Positions 31,583 through 40,762 of a DNA stretch of 64,000 nt are shown here, piece after piece; position 1 is the stretch's first letter, and every line of letters begins with the position of its first letter. The notes beneath the pieces are model-generated. The model searched no databases. It was not told the origin of the DNA and worked only from the letters and a program-made list of their open reading frames with translations. Source of the stretch: Candidatus Obscuribacterales bacterium. Its GTDB lineage: Bacteria; Cyanobacteriota; Vampirovibrionia; Obscuribacterales; Obscuribacteraceae. The stretch is taken from contig CBDDIJ010000005.1 in the NCBI GenBank assembly GCA_965228855.1, positions 800,001-864,000 of the forward strand. Direction: 5' to 3'. Position numbers and translations under genes: made by a program.

Positions 31583-31624
31583 GAAAAAAAACCTTGCCGG
31601 TCTGAGAACCGGCAAGGTTTTTCG
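31583..31624. terminator. Bidirectional intrinsic terminator between clpB and the convergent TPR gene
   Basis: AAAACCTTGCCGGT-CTGAGA-ACCGGCAAGGTTTT perfect stem with A/T runs on both sides. Confidence 0.85.
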
Positions 31625-31731
31625 CTAGACAGACTCATTCGCTAACCAGTTGTGCAAATTGACAGAGCACGAGGCTTTTGAGACTCGCGAGCCGACGAGC
31701 GGAAACCCACACAAGAACTGCAGAACCGACT

Positions 31732-32922
31732 CTATTTGTTGTCGAAAGACCAGCGAGGCTTGACTTTTGGACCCATCTTGGCGCTCAAACGACTGATGAT
31801 GGCACGATAAACTTCATACGATATGTGGTGTTTTGCATCCTTAGTGACGGCTGCGTAGTCATATGCAACCTTGGCTTTGTGCCAGTATTCTTGAGCCTTT
31901 ACGGTATTCTTTTCGTCCGAGTAGCAGTCGCCCAGGCCTTCATAAATTTCGGCGAGCCCTCCGTGATGGTCGCCGAGGACGGCAATGTTCACGTTCATTG
32001 CCTCTTCGAACTCTTTTCTGGCCAGCTCGGTCTGACCCTGCCGGCGGTGGCACTCGGCTATCAGTTTGAGATCAGAAGCATAATCTTCAGTCTTTGTATC
32101 GCCGGCTCTGACGTGAAGCTCGACCAAAGTACCGGCCGCGCGAACGGCGTTACTCAAATCATTCTTCTTAAGATAATACTCGTAAACATCACGCACCGCT
32201 CGCAGTGCCTCAGGAGAACTGGCAGTAGGGAGAGCGTTCATAATCGATGAGTAAACTCGCTGCTCGTCATCAGCGTCTTCACGACCGGAATAACCGTGAG
32301 CGAGCTGAACAAGACCGGCGTAGTAGCGCCCGTCACTACGTGCAGCCTCGGGACCCTCTTTAAACGCAAGCGCGAACAGATTTTCGCTTTCTCGAAAGTC
32401 TTCTTTGCGAAGAGCTTGATTACCAGCCTGCCAGTAGCCGTTGAATCGCTGTTCGGCCCCGTCGCTCGAGCGAATCGTGACGACTTCGATGCCGTTCAAA
32501 AGCTGGTCAGTTGAAACAATTCCCGCATCCGCACCGACAATGTCACGGTTGCTCACTAGCACATCATGATACGTGCCCGGTGCGGAGTCGACGTAAAATC
32601 GAGTAATCAGGCTGTCGATGCCACCGGGATCAGCGTGCAAAATGGTTCTTGCAAGCAAGAGTGCGTCTATCTTCTGCGTTCGAGGGTCCACAGTCGGATA
32701 ATGCGAAATTTCAAGACGGAGATCGCGGCCGTTTCTCACCAGGCGATGCGAGGTATTCTTGGGCAGCACATTTGCAGTGGAAAGTTTTTTCGAGATGGTG
32801 ACATCGGAGACAACGGCATCTGCGCTTTGAATCGTCGCAATTAGCAAGAGCATTGCAAAATAATGCGTGAAATTTCGGGACCTTTTTTTCATCACAGCGC
32901 CAAAAACGCGCATCTGGCTCAA
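31732..32922 (-). CDS. Exported TPR-repeat protein
   Basis: Signal-like N-terminus, C-terminal TPRs (LAEIYEGLGDCY). Confidence 0.7.
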   Translation of the reverse strand: MSQMRVFGAVMKKRSRNFTHYFAMLLLIATIQSADAVVSDVTISKKLSTANVLPKNTSHRLVRNGRDLRLEISHYPTVDPRTQKIDALLLARTILHADPGGIDSLITRFYVDSAPGTYHDVLVSNRDIVGADAGIVSTDQLLNGIEVVTIRSSDGAEQRFNGYWQAGNQALRKEDFRESENLFALAFKEGPEAARSDGRYYAGLVQLAHGYSGREDADDEQRVYSSIMNALPTASSPEALRAVRDVYEYYLKKNDLSNAVRAAGTLVELHVRAGDTKTEDYASDLKLIAECHRRQGQTELARKEFEEAMNVNIAVLGDHHGGLAEIYEGLGDCYSDEKNTVKAQEYWHKAKVAYDYAAVTKDAKHHISYEVYRAIISRLSAKMGPKVKPRWSFDNK

Positions 32923-33033
32923 TCGGGGATGTTATACCCTTCCACTTTAGCGCAGGCATCAAACCTTATCCAGGGTCGCCTAAGGACCAGTTGCATGCGA
33001 AAATATTAGCACCCTTCAAAACGAGAAATAATT

Positions 33034-33888
33034 GTGGACCCGCTATCAATAACTTTGGTTGTCCTGTTCATCGTTGGTTCGACAGCGCTCTCGCTTGCCG
33101 GACTGTGGCTCGTTCGCAAGAAAGTCGAGCTGTCGGTAATAAGGTCGTACCACGAAGTCGCTGGCTATTTATTGTCTGTAATAGGGACACTTTATGCGGT
33201 TCTTCTCGGCTTTATCGTCGTTGACTCGCTCTCGAAGTTCGACCAGGCCAGGGTGCTTGTGGAGGAAGAATCAAATGGGGTAGCAAATGTCTTTTTTCTC
33301 GCCGACAACTTTCCGGAGAAAGAGCGGCATGAAATTCACATTCGTTGCCTGCGGTACGTAGATGCTGTCATTAACACGGAGTGGAAATCAATGCGCAGCG
33401 GCGAACCAAGCCGCGAGGCGCTCTATGAGCTGCGAGCCTTGTGGACGACTGTTTCAAAATTCCAGCCCGCGAATCAGAACCAAACGTCGCTGTGGGAGTC
33501 AATGTTGTCAGGCATGGAAACCATCGGCACCAATCGCAGGCTCAGAATTATCGCTGCAAAATTCGGCTTGTCGCCGGTGATGACAGCGGTTTTAATCATA
33601 GGCGCCACCATCACTATCGTTTTCACTTATTTTTTCGGTCTTGAAAAATTCAGAGCACAAGCGGTGATGACCGCTCTCGTCAGTCTGACTTTATCGTTGA
33701 ACGTCTGCCTGGTTCTGCTTTACGGCTATCCATTTCGCGGTGGAATCGACGTGCCGCCAAGTGCATTTCTGTTTGACAGGCACATCATTCGCAACGAGCT
33801 AAAGCGGCATGGAGAGTCAGACGACAGCGATGTATCTCCAGCTCCGAAATTCGATTTGAGCGATAAATTCATGCTCGATCCGCATTAG
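33034..33888 (+). CDS. DUF4239/bestrophin-like membrane protein
   Basis: IGTLYAVLLGF, YVDAVINTEW, YPFRG pattern; four TM helices. Confidence 0.7.
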   Translation: MDPLSITLVVLFIVGSTALSLAGLWLVRKKVELSVIRSYHEVAGYLLSVIGTLYAVLLGFIVVDSLSKFDQARVLVEEESNGVANVFFLADNFPEKERHEIHIRCLRYVDAVINTEWKSMRSGEPSREALYELRALWTTVSKFQPANQNQTSLWESMLSGMETIGTNRRLRIIAAKFGLSPVMTAVLIIGATITIVFTYFFGLEKFRAQAVMTALVSLTLSLNVCLVLLYGYPFRGGIDVPPSAFLFDRHIIRNELKRHGESDDSDVSPAPKFDLSDKFMLDPH

Positions 33889-34047
33889 CGACTTGGTCTG
33901 GATCGTTTCGTACATATGCGATAACATGGCGCACTTTGGCTGTCGTTGTCGAGGTGTCGACCTATGCCCTCATTGAGTCCGGTTGGCGACCGGGTCAAGG
34001 AAACCCAGGATTCTCGCACTCACTCCGCTCATGAACCCGGTGACCCG

Positions 34048-35433
34048 ATGACCTCCAATGAAAGCATCGTAGACGACAAGATTCTCGCACAAAGAGCAGA
34101 GACGTCCCTACCGGATGCAGCGGAAACTGAGTCGAACGCAATGCCAGCCGAATTAGACTCAGTGTCAGCTGAACCACATCTCGAAGGCCCATCGCGTTGG
34201 CATGCGCTTCTTGCCACATGGCTAGGCGGTGTCTTTGACGGAATGGACTCGTCGATTTTCGCGATTGTCTTATTTCCAGCACTAGCAGAGTTGCTCGGAA
34301 CCAAGGACTACTCAACGGTAGGTCTTCATGGTTCTTACATCATTGCGCTGTTCATGATCGGATGGGCAGCCGGAGCGATGGTTTTCGGCATGGCAGCAGA
34401 CTACTTCGGTCGCGCGCGTGTGCTGAGTTTCACGATTATCCTTTATGCGCTTTGCACCGGACTTTGTGCGACAGCGCACTCCTGGCAAGAGATGGGACTA
34501 TATCGATTTTTAGTCGGAGCAGGCATAGGTGGCGAAATGGGAATCGGAGCAGTGCTGCTCTCCGAATGCTGGCCGCAGAAATCGCGAGCCTATGCGGTTG
34601 GTGCAATGGCGACCTCTCTTGGTTTCGGATACTTTCTCACAGCTGGTTTGAACCTCTGGCTCGGAGGTTTCGGTTGGCGCTGGCTGTTCGTGGCAGGTGT
34701 TATTCCAGCATTTTTGACTGTATATATCAGGCTGAAACTGAAGGAGCCGAAGCAATTCAATGAAGTAAAAAAACAGCGCGATTTACAGAAGAAAAATGGC
34801 GTCAAAGGCGACTCTGTAACGGCAATCTTGAAAGAGTTGTTCAACGAAAAATACAAGAGCAGGACACTAGCGGTGGTGGCAGTAGCGAGTGCTGCAATCG
34901 TCACCTGGTGGGCCGTCATCGCCTGGATTCCAGCCTGGATTAACCAATTGACTGGCGAACTAGCAGTCAGCGAGCGCAGCCACGCGATGTTCCTGAAAGA
35001 CATCGGCATGATCCTATCCGGCGTGCTCGGCGGTTGGGTGATATCCAAACTCGGTTATAAAAAGACAATGGTGATGGCGTTCATCATGTCATTCATCTGC
35101 GCCGTCGGCATGTTTCAAACCACGTCAACATTCGGATTCCCCCTTCTATGCTGGGTTCTCTCTGTTGGATTTTTTGCACATCTGCCCTTCGTAGTTTTAT
35201 GGATGTGCATTCCTGAACTATTCGAAGCGAGAATTCGCAGCACCGCATTTGGTTTCACCTACAACATTGGGCGATTCGCCGCGGCACTCGGAGCGTTGGG
35301 AAGCGGCGCTCTGATCACAGTATTCAACGGCTCTTACGCAATGGCAGCAACAACAGTTGCTTCAATTTATATCGTCGGCGCGATTGGTTCCCTTCTAATG
35401 CCAGAGACAACAGGCGAGTTGGAACAAGGTTAA
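34048..35433 (+). CDS. MFS transporter
   Basis: FDGMD, GMAADYFGRAR, GAGIGGE, PELF; start uncertain (ORF is open from 33946). Confidence 0.88.
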   Translation: MTSNESIVDDKILAQRAETSLPDAAETESNAMPAELDSVSAEPHLEGPSRWHALLATWLGGVFDGMDSSIFAIVLFPALAELLGTKDYSTVGLHGSYIIALFMIGWAAGAMVFGMAADYFGRARVLSFTIILYALCTGLCATAHSWQEMGLYRFLVGAGIGGEMGIGAVLLSECWPQKSRAYAVGAMATSLGFGYFLTAGLNLWLGGFGWRWLFVAGVIPAFLTVYIRLKLKEPKQFNEVKKQRDLQKKNGVKGDSVTAILKELFNEKYKSRTLAVVAVASAAIVTWWAVIAWIPAWINQLTGELAVSERSHAMFLKDIGMILSGVLGGWVISKLGYKKTMVMAFIMSFICAVGMFQTTSTFGFPLLCWVLSVGFFAHLPFVVLWMCIPELFEARIRSTAFGFTYNIGRFAAALGALGSGALITVFNGSYAMAATTVASIYIVGAIGSLLMPETTGELEQG

Positions 35434-35450
35434 TAAGGGTCCGGCGAATG

Positions 35451-35846
35451 TTATAGCTGATCGCGGCGGGTCGGTTTTGGCGGGTCTTCGCGACCCAGGT
35501 CAAGAATCGAGCGAATTTCTTCATCGGTTATATTGTGCTCTAGCATCTTGGGCAAAAACTGGTCGAGCATCTGACCATGCCATTCAACGACATCGCTACG
35601 CTGCATGTTTTTTACTATCGAAGCGATTAGCGTCATCCAGTATTCGCGCTCAGGCTTTCCAATTTGAGCTTTAATTGACTGAAACGAATGCTCGGTGTAG
35701 CCGGCGCCTTCCAGTTCCAAAATAAACGCTTCAGGCACAGCATTGGCAGGGTCGAGCAGCCGAGGCCAACCGCCATACTTCTCAGCGATTGCGTTCAACT
35801 CTTCGTCGTGAAAGCTAAAATTGATCTTGTGCTGCCGCATCCTCAA
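35451..35846 (-). CDS. Hypothetical protein
   Basis: 131-aa ORF starting 7 bp downstream of larC on the same strand. Confidence 0.55.
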   Translation of the reverse strand: MRMRQHKINFSFHDEELNAIAEKYGGWPRLLDPANAVPEAFILELEGAGYTEHSFQSIKAQIGKPEREYWMTLIASIVKNMQRSDVVEWHGQMLDQFLPKMLEHNITDEEIRSILDLGREDPPKPTRRDQL

Positions 35847-35853
35847 ATCCTCG

Positions 35854-37362
35854 CTATCCCGAGGATTGTTCGGTCATATATTGAGCGAGCGCTTGCTCAA
35901 AAACTTCCTTAAGCGGCAATCCATGCCGTTCAGCGTACGTCGCACAATCGGAATATTCCGGTTGTACATTTACGATGTTGCCGCTCAAATCGCGGCCAAC
36001 TTTAATTCTGATGGACCAACTGTCGGAAAGCTTCACTTCGGCAAACTCGCGTTCTGCCACTAATCGCTCGACGAGATAACTTCGCACACCAAGTGAAGAT
36101 GTTTCCTTTAGTATCAGCGTTTCGATTTTTCGGCGATCTTGAGGTTTCGCGAGAACTGTGATTAGGTGCCCGCTGCGTCCCTTCTTCATTGTCGCCGGGA
36201 CCACAGATATGTCTAAAGCGCCCTCCGCAAGAGCTTTTTCCAAAGTGTAGGCGATGATGTTTGGAGGGCAATCGTCGATGTTTGCTTCAATGACAGCAAT
36301 TATTTCAACGCGAAACTGATTGGCGTCACCGGCTATCGCCGCGGTTTCCGACCGAGTTCCTGGAACAGAAGTCGCTACACCATTAGCGATACCAGGGTTT
36401 AATTCAAAGTTTCCGCCGACCTGCTCAATAGCCGGAAAAGACGATAGCTTATTAGAGATAGAACTGCATTGCCCGATGAAGGTACGCACAACATTTGGGT
36501 GCGACGGCGGATTCAACGTGCCGGCACCATAGCCGACACTCTCGATCTTTTCAAACGATGGAGCCGCGCCCCAGCGTTCTGCTACAGTCGCGAGAATGGC
36601 TGCTCCCGTCGGTGTCAGGCATTCAAAACGGATATCGACAGAGTTAATTGGCGCTCCGGCCATCTCGACGAGGTACGCGGTCGCTGGTCCGGGAACAGGA
36701 TATAGTCCATGCTGCGTCTTAACCGTGCCACCACCGAGAGTGAGCGGCGACACTACGGCGGTTTCAATTCCAAGAAGATCAAAGCCGACGCAAAATCCGA
36801 CTATATCTACGATTGCGTCGACGGCACCGACTTCATGGAAATGAACGTTTTCCGGGTCAACACCGTGAACACGTCCTTCCGAAATCGCCAGGTTGCGAAA
36901 AACTTTGGTCGATAGCTCCTTGGCTCTAGCAGATATTCCAGATGCTTCGATAAGCTCCAGAATTTCCTTAACGCTGCGACCATGCGGTCCTTCATGGTGG
37001 TGTGTATCGAGTACGTCATGCGTGTGGTCGTGCTTATGACCGTGTTCGTGTTCGTGGTCATGACCGTGTTCATGACCGTGTCCATGCTTATGCCCGTGTT
37101 CATGTTTATGAGCGTCGTCGTGATCGTGAGTATGCTCTTGTGAATGAGTATGTTCGGTGTGGTGGCACTTCACGTCGATCTTCTTGGATGCCACCAGACA
37201 GCGCATCACATCCTCCACCGAAACTTCGAAACTGCCCGGTGGCAGTGCGATCTTTCGCAGTTCTGCCCGCCACTGTTCGAAGTTCAAGCCGTTCGCCAGA
37301 AGCGACGCACAAAGCATGTCGCCGGCAGCGCCGAACTGGCAGTCAAAATATGCGACCTTCAT
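35854..37362 (-). CDS. larC: Nickel-pincer nucleotide cofactor biosynthesis protein LarC
   Basis: YFDC..GAAGDM, His-rich tract, VHFHEVGAVDAIVD, TPTGAAIL, EANIDD, MKKGRSG, PEYSDC. Confidence 0.93.
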   Translation of the reverse strand: MKVAYFDCQFGAAGDMLCASLLANGLNFEQWRAELRKIALPPGSFEVSVEDVMRCLVASKKIDVKCHHTEHTHSQEHTHDHDDAHKHEHGHKHGHGHEHGHDHEHEHGHKHDHTHDVLDTHHHEGPHGRSVKEILELIEASGISARAKELSTKVFRNLAISEGRVHGVDPENVHFHEVGAVDAIVDIVGFCVGFDLLGIETAVVSPLTLGGGTVKTQHGLYPVPGPATAYLVEMAGAPINSVDIRFECLTPTGAAILATVAERWGAAPSFEKIESVGYGAGTLNPPSHPNVVRTFIGQCSSISNKLSSFPAIEQVGGNFELNPGIANGVATSVPGTRSETAAIAGDANQFRVEIIAVIEANIDDCPPNIIAYTLEKALAEGALDISVVPATMKKGRSGHLITVLAKPQDRRKIETLILKETSSLGVRSYLVERLVAEREFAEVKLSDSWSIRIKVGRDLSGNIVNVQPEYSDCATYAERHGLPLKEVFEQALAQYMTEQSSG

Positions 37363-37367
37363 AAGCT

Positions 37368-37988
37368 TTACCTCGTGGGCATTTCCAGATCGCCAAGGTC
37401 TGTTTCGGTGATGACCTTGGTGGCAAGGCTCATCATTTTAGTTATATGGTCATACTTGTTGTTGAGCAGCACAAGTTTTTTATCTCCCGGCGTGAGTGTC
37501 ATCGAGAAGTCTCCGCCGCGCTGGCTGACGACTGCGCCCCCACCATAAATGCGCTCTTTCTCGTTTCGCTCATGCCTGGCGCTGTAAGCTTTGACGACAA
37601 TACCTTTAAGTCCCTTTCCGTTGCTGACGATACGACCAAACACCGGATAGCCCTTTTTCAACGAAACCATGACTGTGCGCGCCTCGTCGCCCGGCACCTC
37701 CACGAGAGCAGACGCCAGATTAGACTTCTTCGGAGCAAACACTTCCAGCGTGCATGTCCCACATTTCGGATGTCTGAACGAAAACTTACCTTCGTCATCA
37801 GTCCTCGTAGTCATGGAAACGGAGTTGTCGGTCGTCCAGAGATCGACCTTCACACCGGACAAAGTTTTGTTCTTATCGTTGCGAACCTGCCCGCTAAGCA
37901 CCTTTTGGAGTGCTTGCGCCGGCGAGTTCGAAATGGCCAGGAAAGTTAGAGACAAAAGTGAGGCAGCAGCAGCAATTCGCAATGACAT
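37368..37988 (-). CDS. Exported protein with carboxypeptidase-regulatory-like (prealbumin-fold) repeats
   Basis: Signal peptide; LSGQV...GVKVDL...TDDEGKFSF; start moved to MSLRI. Confidence 0.65.
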   Translation of the reverse strand: MSLRIAAAASLLSLTFLAISNSPAQALQKVLSGQVRNDKNKTLSGVKVDLWTTDNSVSMTTRTDDEGKFSFRHPKCGTCTLEVFAPKKSNLASALVEVPGDEARTVMVSLKKGYPVFGRIVSNGKGLKGIVVKAYSARHERNEKERIYGGGAVVSQRGGDFSMTLTPGDKKLVLLNNKYDHITKMMSLATKVITETDLGDLEMPTR

Positions 37989-38061
37989 CTGACAATTCTT
38001 GAAAAGTTGTAGGACAATAGAAGCTAACTCATACAGAGTATCAGAACAGGCGCCGTGATTC

Positions 38062-39174
38062 ATGCCTATCAAGATCGGTTCGCTTACAGTTCCAGGACGT
38101 GTCTACGTGCCGCCTATGGCGGGCGTAACCGATCTCGTGTTCAGGAATATCGTGCGACGCGTGGATCGCGGATGTTTACTTGCAACAGAGATGGTTTCGA
38201 GCAAGAGCCTTCAGTTCAAATCAGACTCACGCCTTATGGATCTGGCGTCTGATGAGCATCCCATAGGCATTCAAATTTTCGGTCATGAACCGGAAGTTAT
38301 GGCGATGGCAGCGAAGATGGCTGAAGAACGGGGTGCCGACTTCGTTGATATTAACATGGGTTGTCCTGTTCCAAAGATTACAAACGGAAAGGACGGCTGT
38401 GCGCTGATGCGCGAGCCTGATCTGGCAAAAGAAATAGTCACGGCAATTCACTCGTCAGTGAAAATTCCGGTGACAGTAAAGTTTCGCCTGGGCTGGGACG
38501 AGAGCACGAAAAACTGCGTCGAGTTTGGCGAAATGCTGGAGGGTGCAGGAGCCTCAGCAGTGACCGTTCACGGTCGAACGAGAGCGCAGCGATATGCCGG
38601 CAACGCAGACTGGACGATGATCGCGTTCGTGAAAAAGGCGCTGTCCATACCGGTCTTCGGCAACGGCGATGTTTTCGAACCAGAAGATGCAGCCCGTTTA
38701 TTGGAAGCTACAAACTGCGACGGTGTGGCAGTGGCACGGGGAACACTCGGCAATCCCTGGTTAATTCCGCGTATTACAAAATACCTGGACACCGGAATAC
38801 TTGATGCGACGCCAGATGTAGTAGATCGACTGATCCTTGCAATGCATCACTGTATCGGCATGATCGCCTATAAGGGCATCAGAGTAGGAACGAGCGAGTC
38901 GCGGCGACATCTGATCAACTACACAAAGGGAATTCATAAAAGCGCTCCCTACCGAAACAGGCTCACCCAGGTCAATTCAGCTCGAGAAATAGTGGATGTT
39001 CTAGCAGAGTTGGTGGAGCAGGAAGCCGGAACGGACGGCAAAAGGCGCTTCCTGAGCGCGGTTGAGCGCTACGACATCGAGAATATAGGAAAGTTCGACG
39101 AAGGCAACAATGGACCAGAAGCAGCCCTCAAGGCGCTCGGCTCGGCGCCGCTACTGGTTGGAGCCGGACGCTAG
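38062..39174 (+). CDS. dusB: tRNA-dihydrouridine synthase B
   Basis: PMAGVTD, DINMGCP, VTVKFRLGW, VHGRT, GNGD. Confidence 0.93.
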   Translation: MPIKIGSLTVPGRVYVPPMAGVTDLVFRNIVRRVDRGCLLATEMVSSKSLQFKSDSRLMDLASDEHPIGIQIFGHEPEVMAMAAKMAEERGADFVDINMGCPVPKITNGKDGCALMREPDLAKEIVTAIHSSVKIPVTVKFRLGWDESTKNCVEFGEMLEGAGASAVTVHGRTRAQRYAGNADWTMIAFVKKALSIPVFGNGDVFEPEDAARLLEATNCDGVAVARGTLGNPWLIPRITKYLDTGILDATPDVVDRLILAMHHCIGMIAYKGIRVGTSESRRHLINYTKGIHKSAPYRNRLTQVNSAREIVDVLAELVEQEAGTDGKRRFLSAVERYDIENIGKFDEGNNGPEAALKALGSAPLLVGAGR

Positions 39175-39283
39175 AAAGACTGGTTCAAGCCTCAGCAGAC
39201 GCAGAGGCTAACTCCGGAATTAGCGAACGCCCGGGCAGCATAGTCCAGGCTTCTGACGAGACTTGACGAACTCAATAACCGTT

Positions 39284-39493
39284 CTAATGATGATAGAGGA
39301 TGATGATTTCGATCAAGGCGAACATCCAGGCAAACGGCACCGCAATGGCGAATGCTGTTTCAAGCCCCCAGTCGATATGCGCTCCGTCGCGCCAATCACA
39401 AAACCAGAGCACGCCGTTGATGATGGGCGTCATACACCAGCCCATAATGCCTGATAGCAAGGCTAACATCAAAACTATTGACCAGATATCCAT
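39284..39493 (-). CDS. Small two-TM hypothetical protein
   Basis: 69-aa hydrophobic ORF with an AAGGA just upstream. Confidence 0.4.
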   Translation of the reverse strand: MDIWSIVLMLALLSGIMGWCMTPIINGVLWFCDWRDGAHIDWGLETAFAIAVPFAWMFALIEIIILYHH

Positions 39494-39619
39494 CCTTGGA
39501 TGATTCAGTCTCCCGCGCGCCTAGAGTATAGAAGTGGAGTCTAAACCCTGAGCGAGCATTTGACAACGGGAATATTCCCATTGAAGACCAGCTTAGAGTC
39601 AATTTATAAAGAGACCGAC

Positions 39620-39832
39620 TTAGTAGATGTGATAGCCGGAGGTCGAGATCAAGATGGTTCCGTCGCCTTCAGCAGCTACCATCTGCAGCGCCTGGATCAC
39701 GGCGTTGGTGGTCTTGTGCTGTTCGCGTGTTTCGTTCTTGATCTGTTTGGCACGCTGAGCGACCTTCAACACGAGTTCGTATCGGTTGGTGCTTTCGTCC
39801 AGCAGTTGATCGAGAATATTGGTTGTGCTCAT
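39620..39832 (-). CDS. rpoZ: RNA polymerase omega subunit
   Basis: NRYELVLKVAQRAKQI motif; canonical gmk-rpoZ order. Confidence 0.88.
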   Translation of the reverse strand: MSTTNILDQLLDESTNRYELVLKVAQRAKQIKNETREQHKTTNAVIQALQMVAAEGDGTILISTSGYHIY

Positions 39833-39854
39833 TTAGGGCCTCACCCGGGTTTTC

Positions 39855-40496
39855 TTATATGCGCAGTCTTTCAGCATACACGATAGCCGTTAGATTGCGA
39901 ACAGCTTCTTTCAGATTGTCATTAATAACTTCATAATTGAACAGATGGCGCTGCTGCATCTCGCCCTTAGCCTTCTTCAAACGCTCGGAAATTTTTTCTT
40001 CAGTCTCAGTTCCGCGGCTTCTCAAGCGGCTTGCCAGGTCCTCAAACGAGGGCGGGGATATGAAGATCAAGATGGCGTCCTTGCACTTCTCTCGCACCTG
40101 CATTGCGCCTTGCACCTCGATCTCAAGAATCACATCGATTCCCTTTTCCAGGTGCTCGCTGACCCACTGAGACGGCGTACCGTAGTAATTACCCGCAAAC
40201 TCGGCATATTCCAGGAAATCGCCACGTTTTTGCATCGCGAAGAATTCTTCTTCCGAGCGGAAGAAGTAGTGCTCCCCCTCGACTTCGATACTGCGGCGGG
40301 GGCGGGTTGTTACTGAAACCGACTTGGCAAGCTGATCGACTTCGTCTAAGACGGCTCCGACGATAGTCCCCTTCCCGACGCCGGATGGTCCGGTCACGAC
40401 CAGCAAAGAACCGGTCTTTGTCATCGGCTCGATCTTGTCAGGCGACACAGAGGTCACTCCGGTGGTTGGCTCGGGACTCTTCTTGGTTTCCATCAT
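39855..40496 (-). CDS. gmk: Guanylate kinase
   Basis: GPSGVGKGT, SVSVTTR, NYYGT, ILEIEVQGA. Confidence 0.96.
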   Translation of the reverse strand: MMETKKSPEPTTGVTSVSPDKIEPMTKTGSLLVVTGPSGVGKGTIVGAVLDEVDQLAKSVSVTTRPRRSIEVEGEHYFFRSEEEFFAMQKRGDFLEYAEFAGNYYGTPSQWVSEHLEKGIDVILEIEVQGAMQVREKCKDAILIFISPPSFEDLASRLRSRGTETEEKISERLKKAKGEMQQRHLFNYEVINDNLKEAVRNLTAIVYAERLRI

Positions 40497-40762
40497 CTAA
40501 CTCTCCAACCGACTCAGCCAAACTAGTCGGTCCCTCAAAAACTATGGCGCTAATTATGCCCTTTTTACGAACCACATGCAAACCCGCCTGCAATGCCGGA
40601 TATGTAGACGCAAAGCGAGAAGCCGTCAGCCGAGTGACGTATTTCGGAGCGATTAGCCCTTTCCGAAAAAGTGGAATAACTCGCATACGAAATCTTGGCG
40701 ATTCATAACAAAATGGCCAAGTTTTGCTAGATTGAGCCAGTTAGACAATTGCCTTTTAAATC

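Noticed and set aside
29409..31638. Long antisense ORFs over clpB; similar ones at 52701-53366, 54932-55903 and 56306-56848
   Set aside because: Shadow frames of well-supported genes or of low-complexity coding DNA
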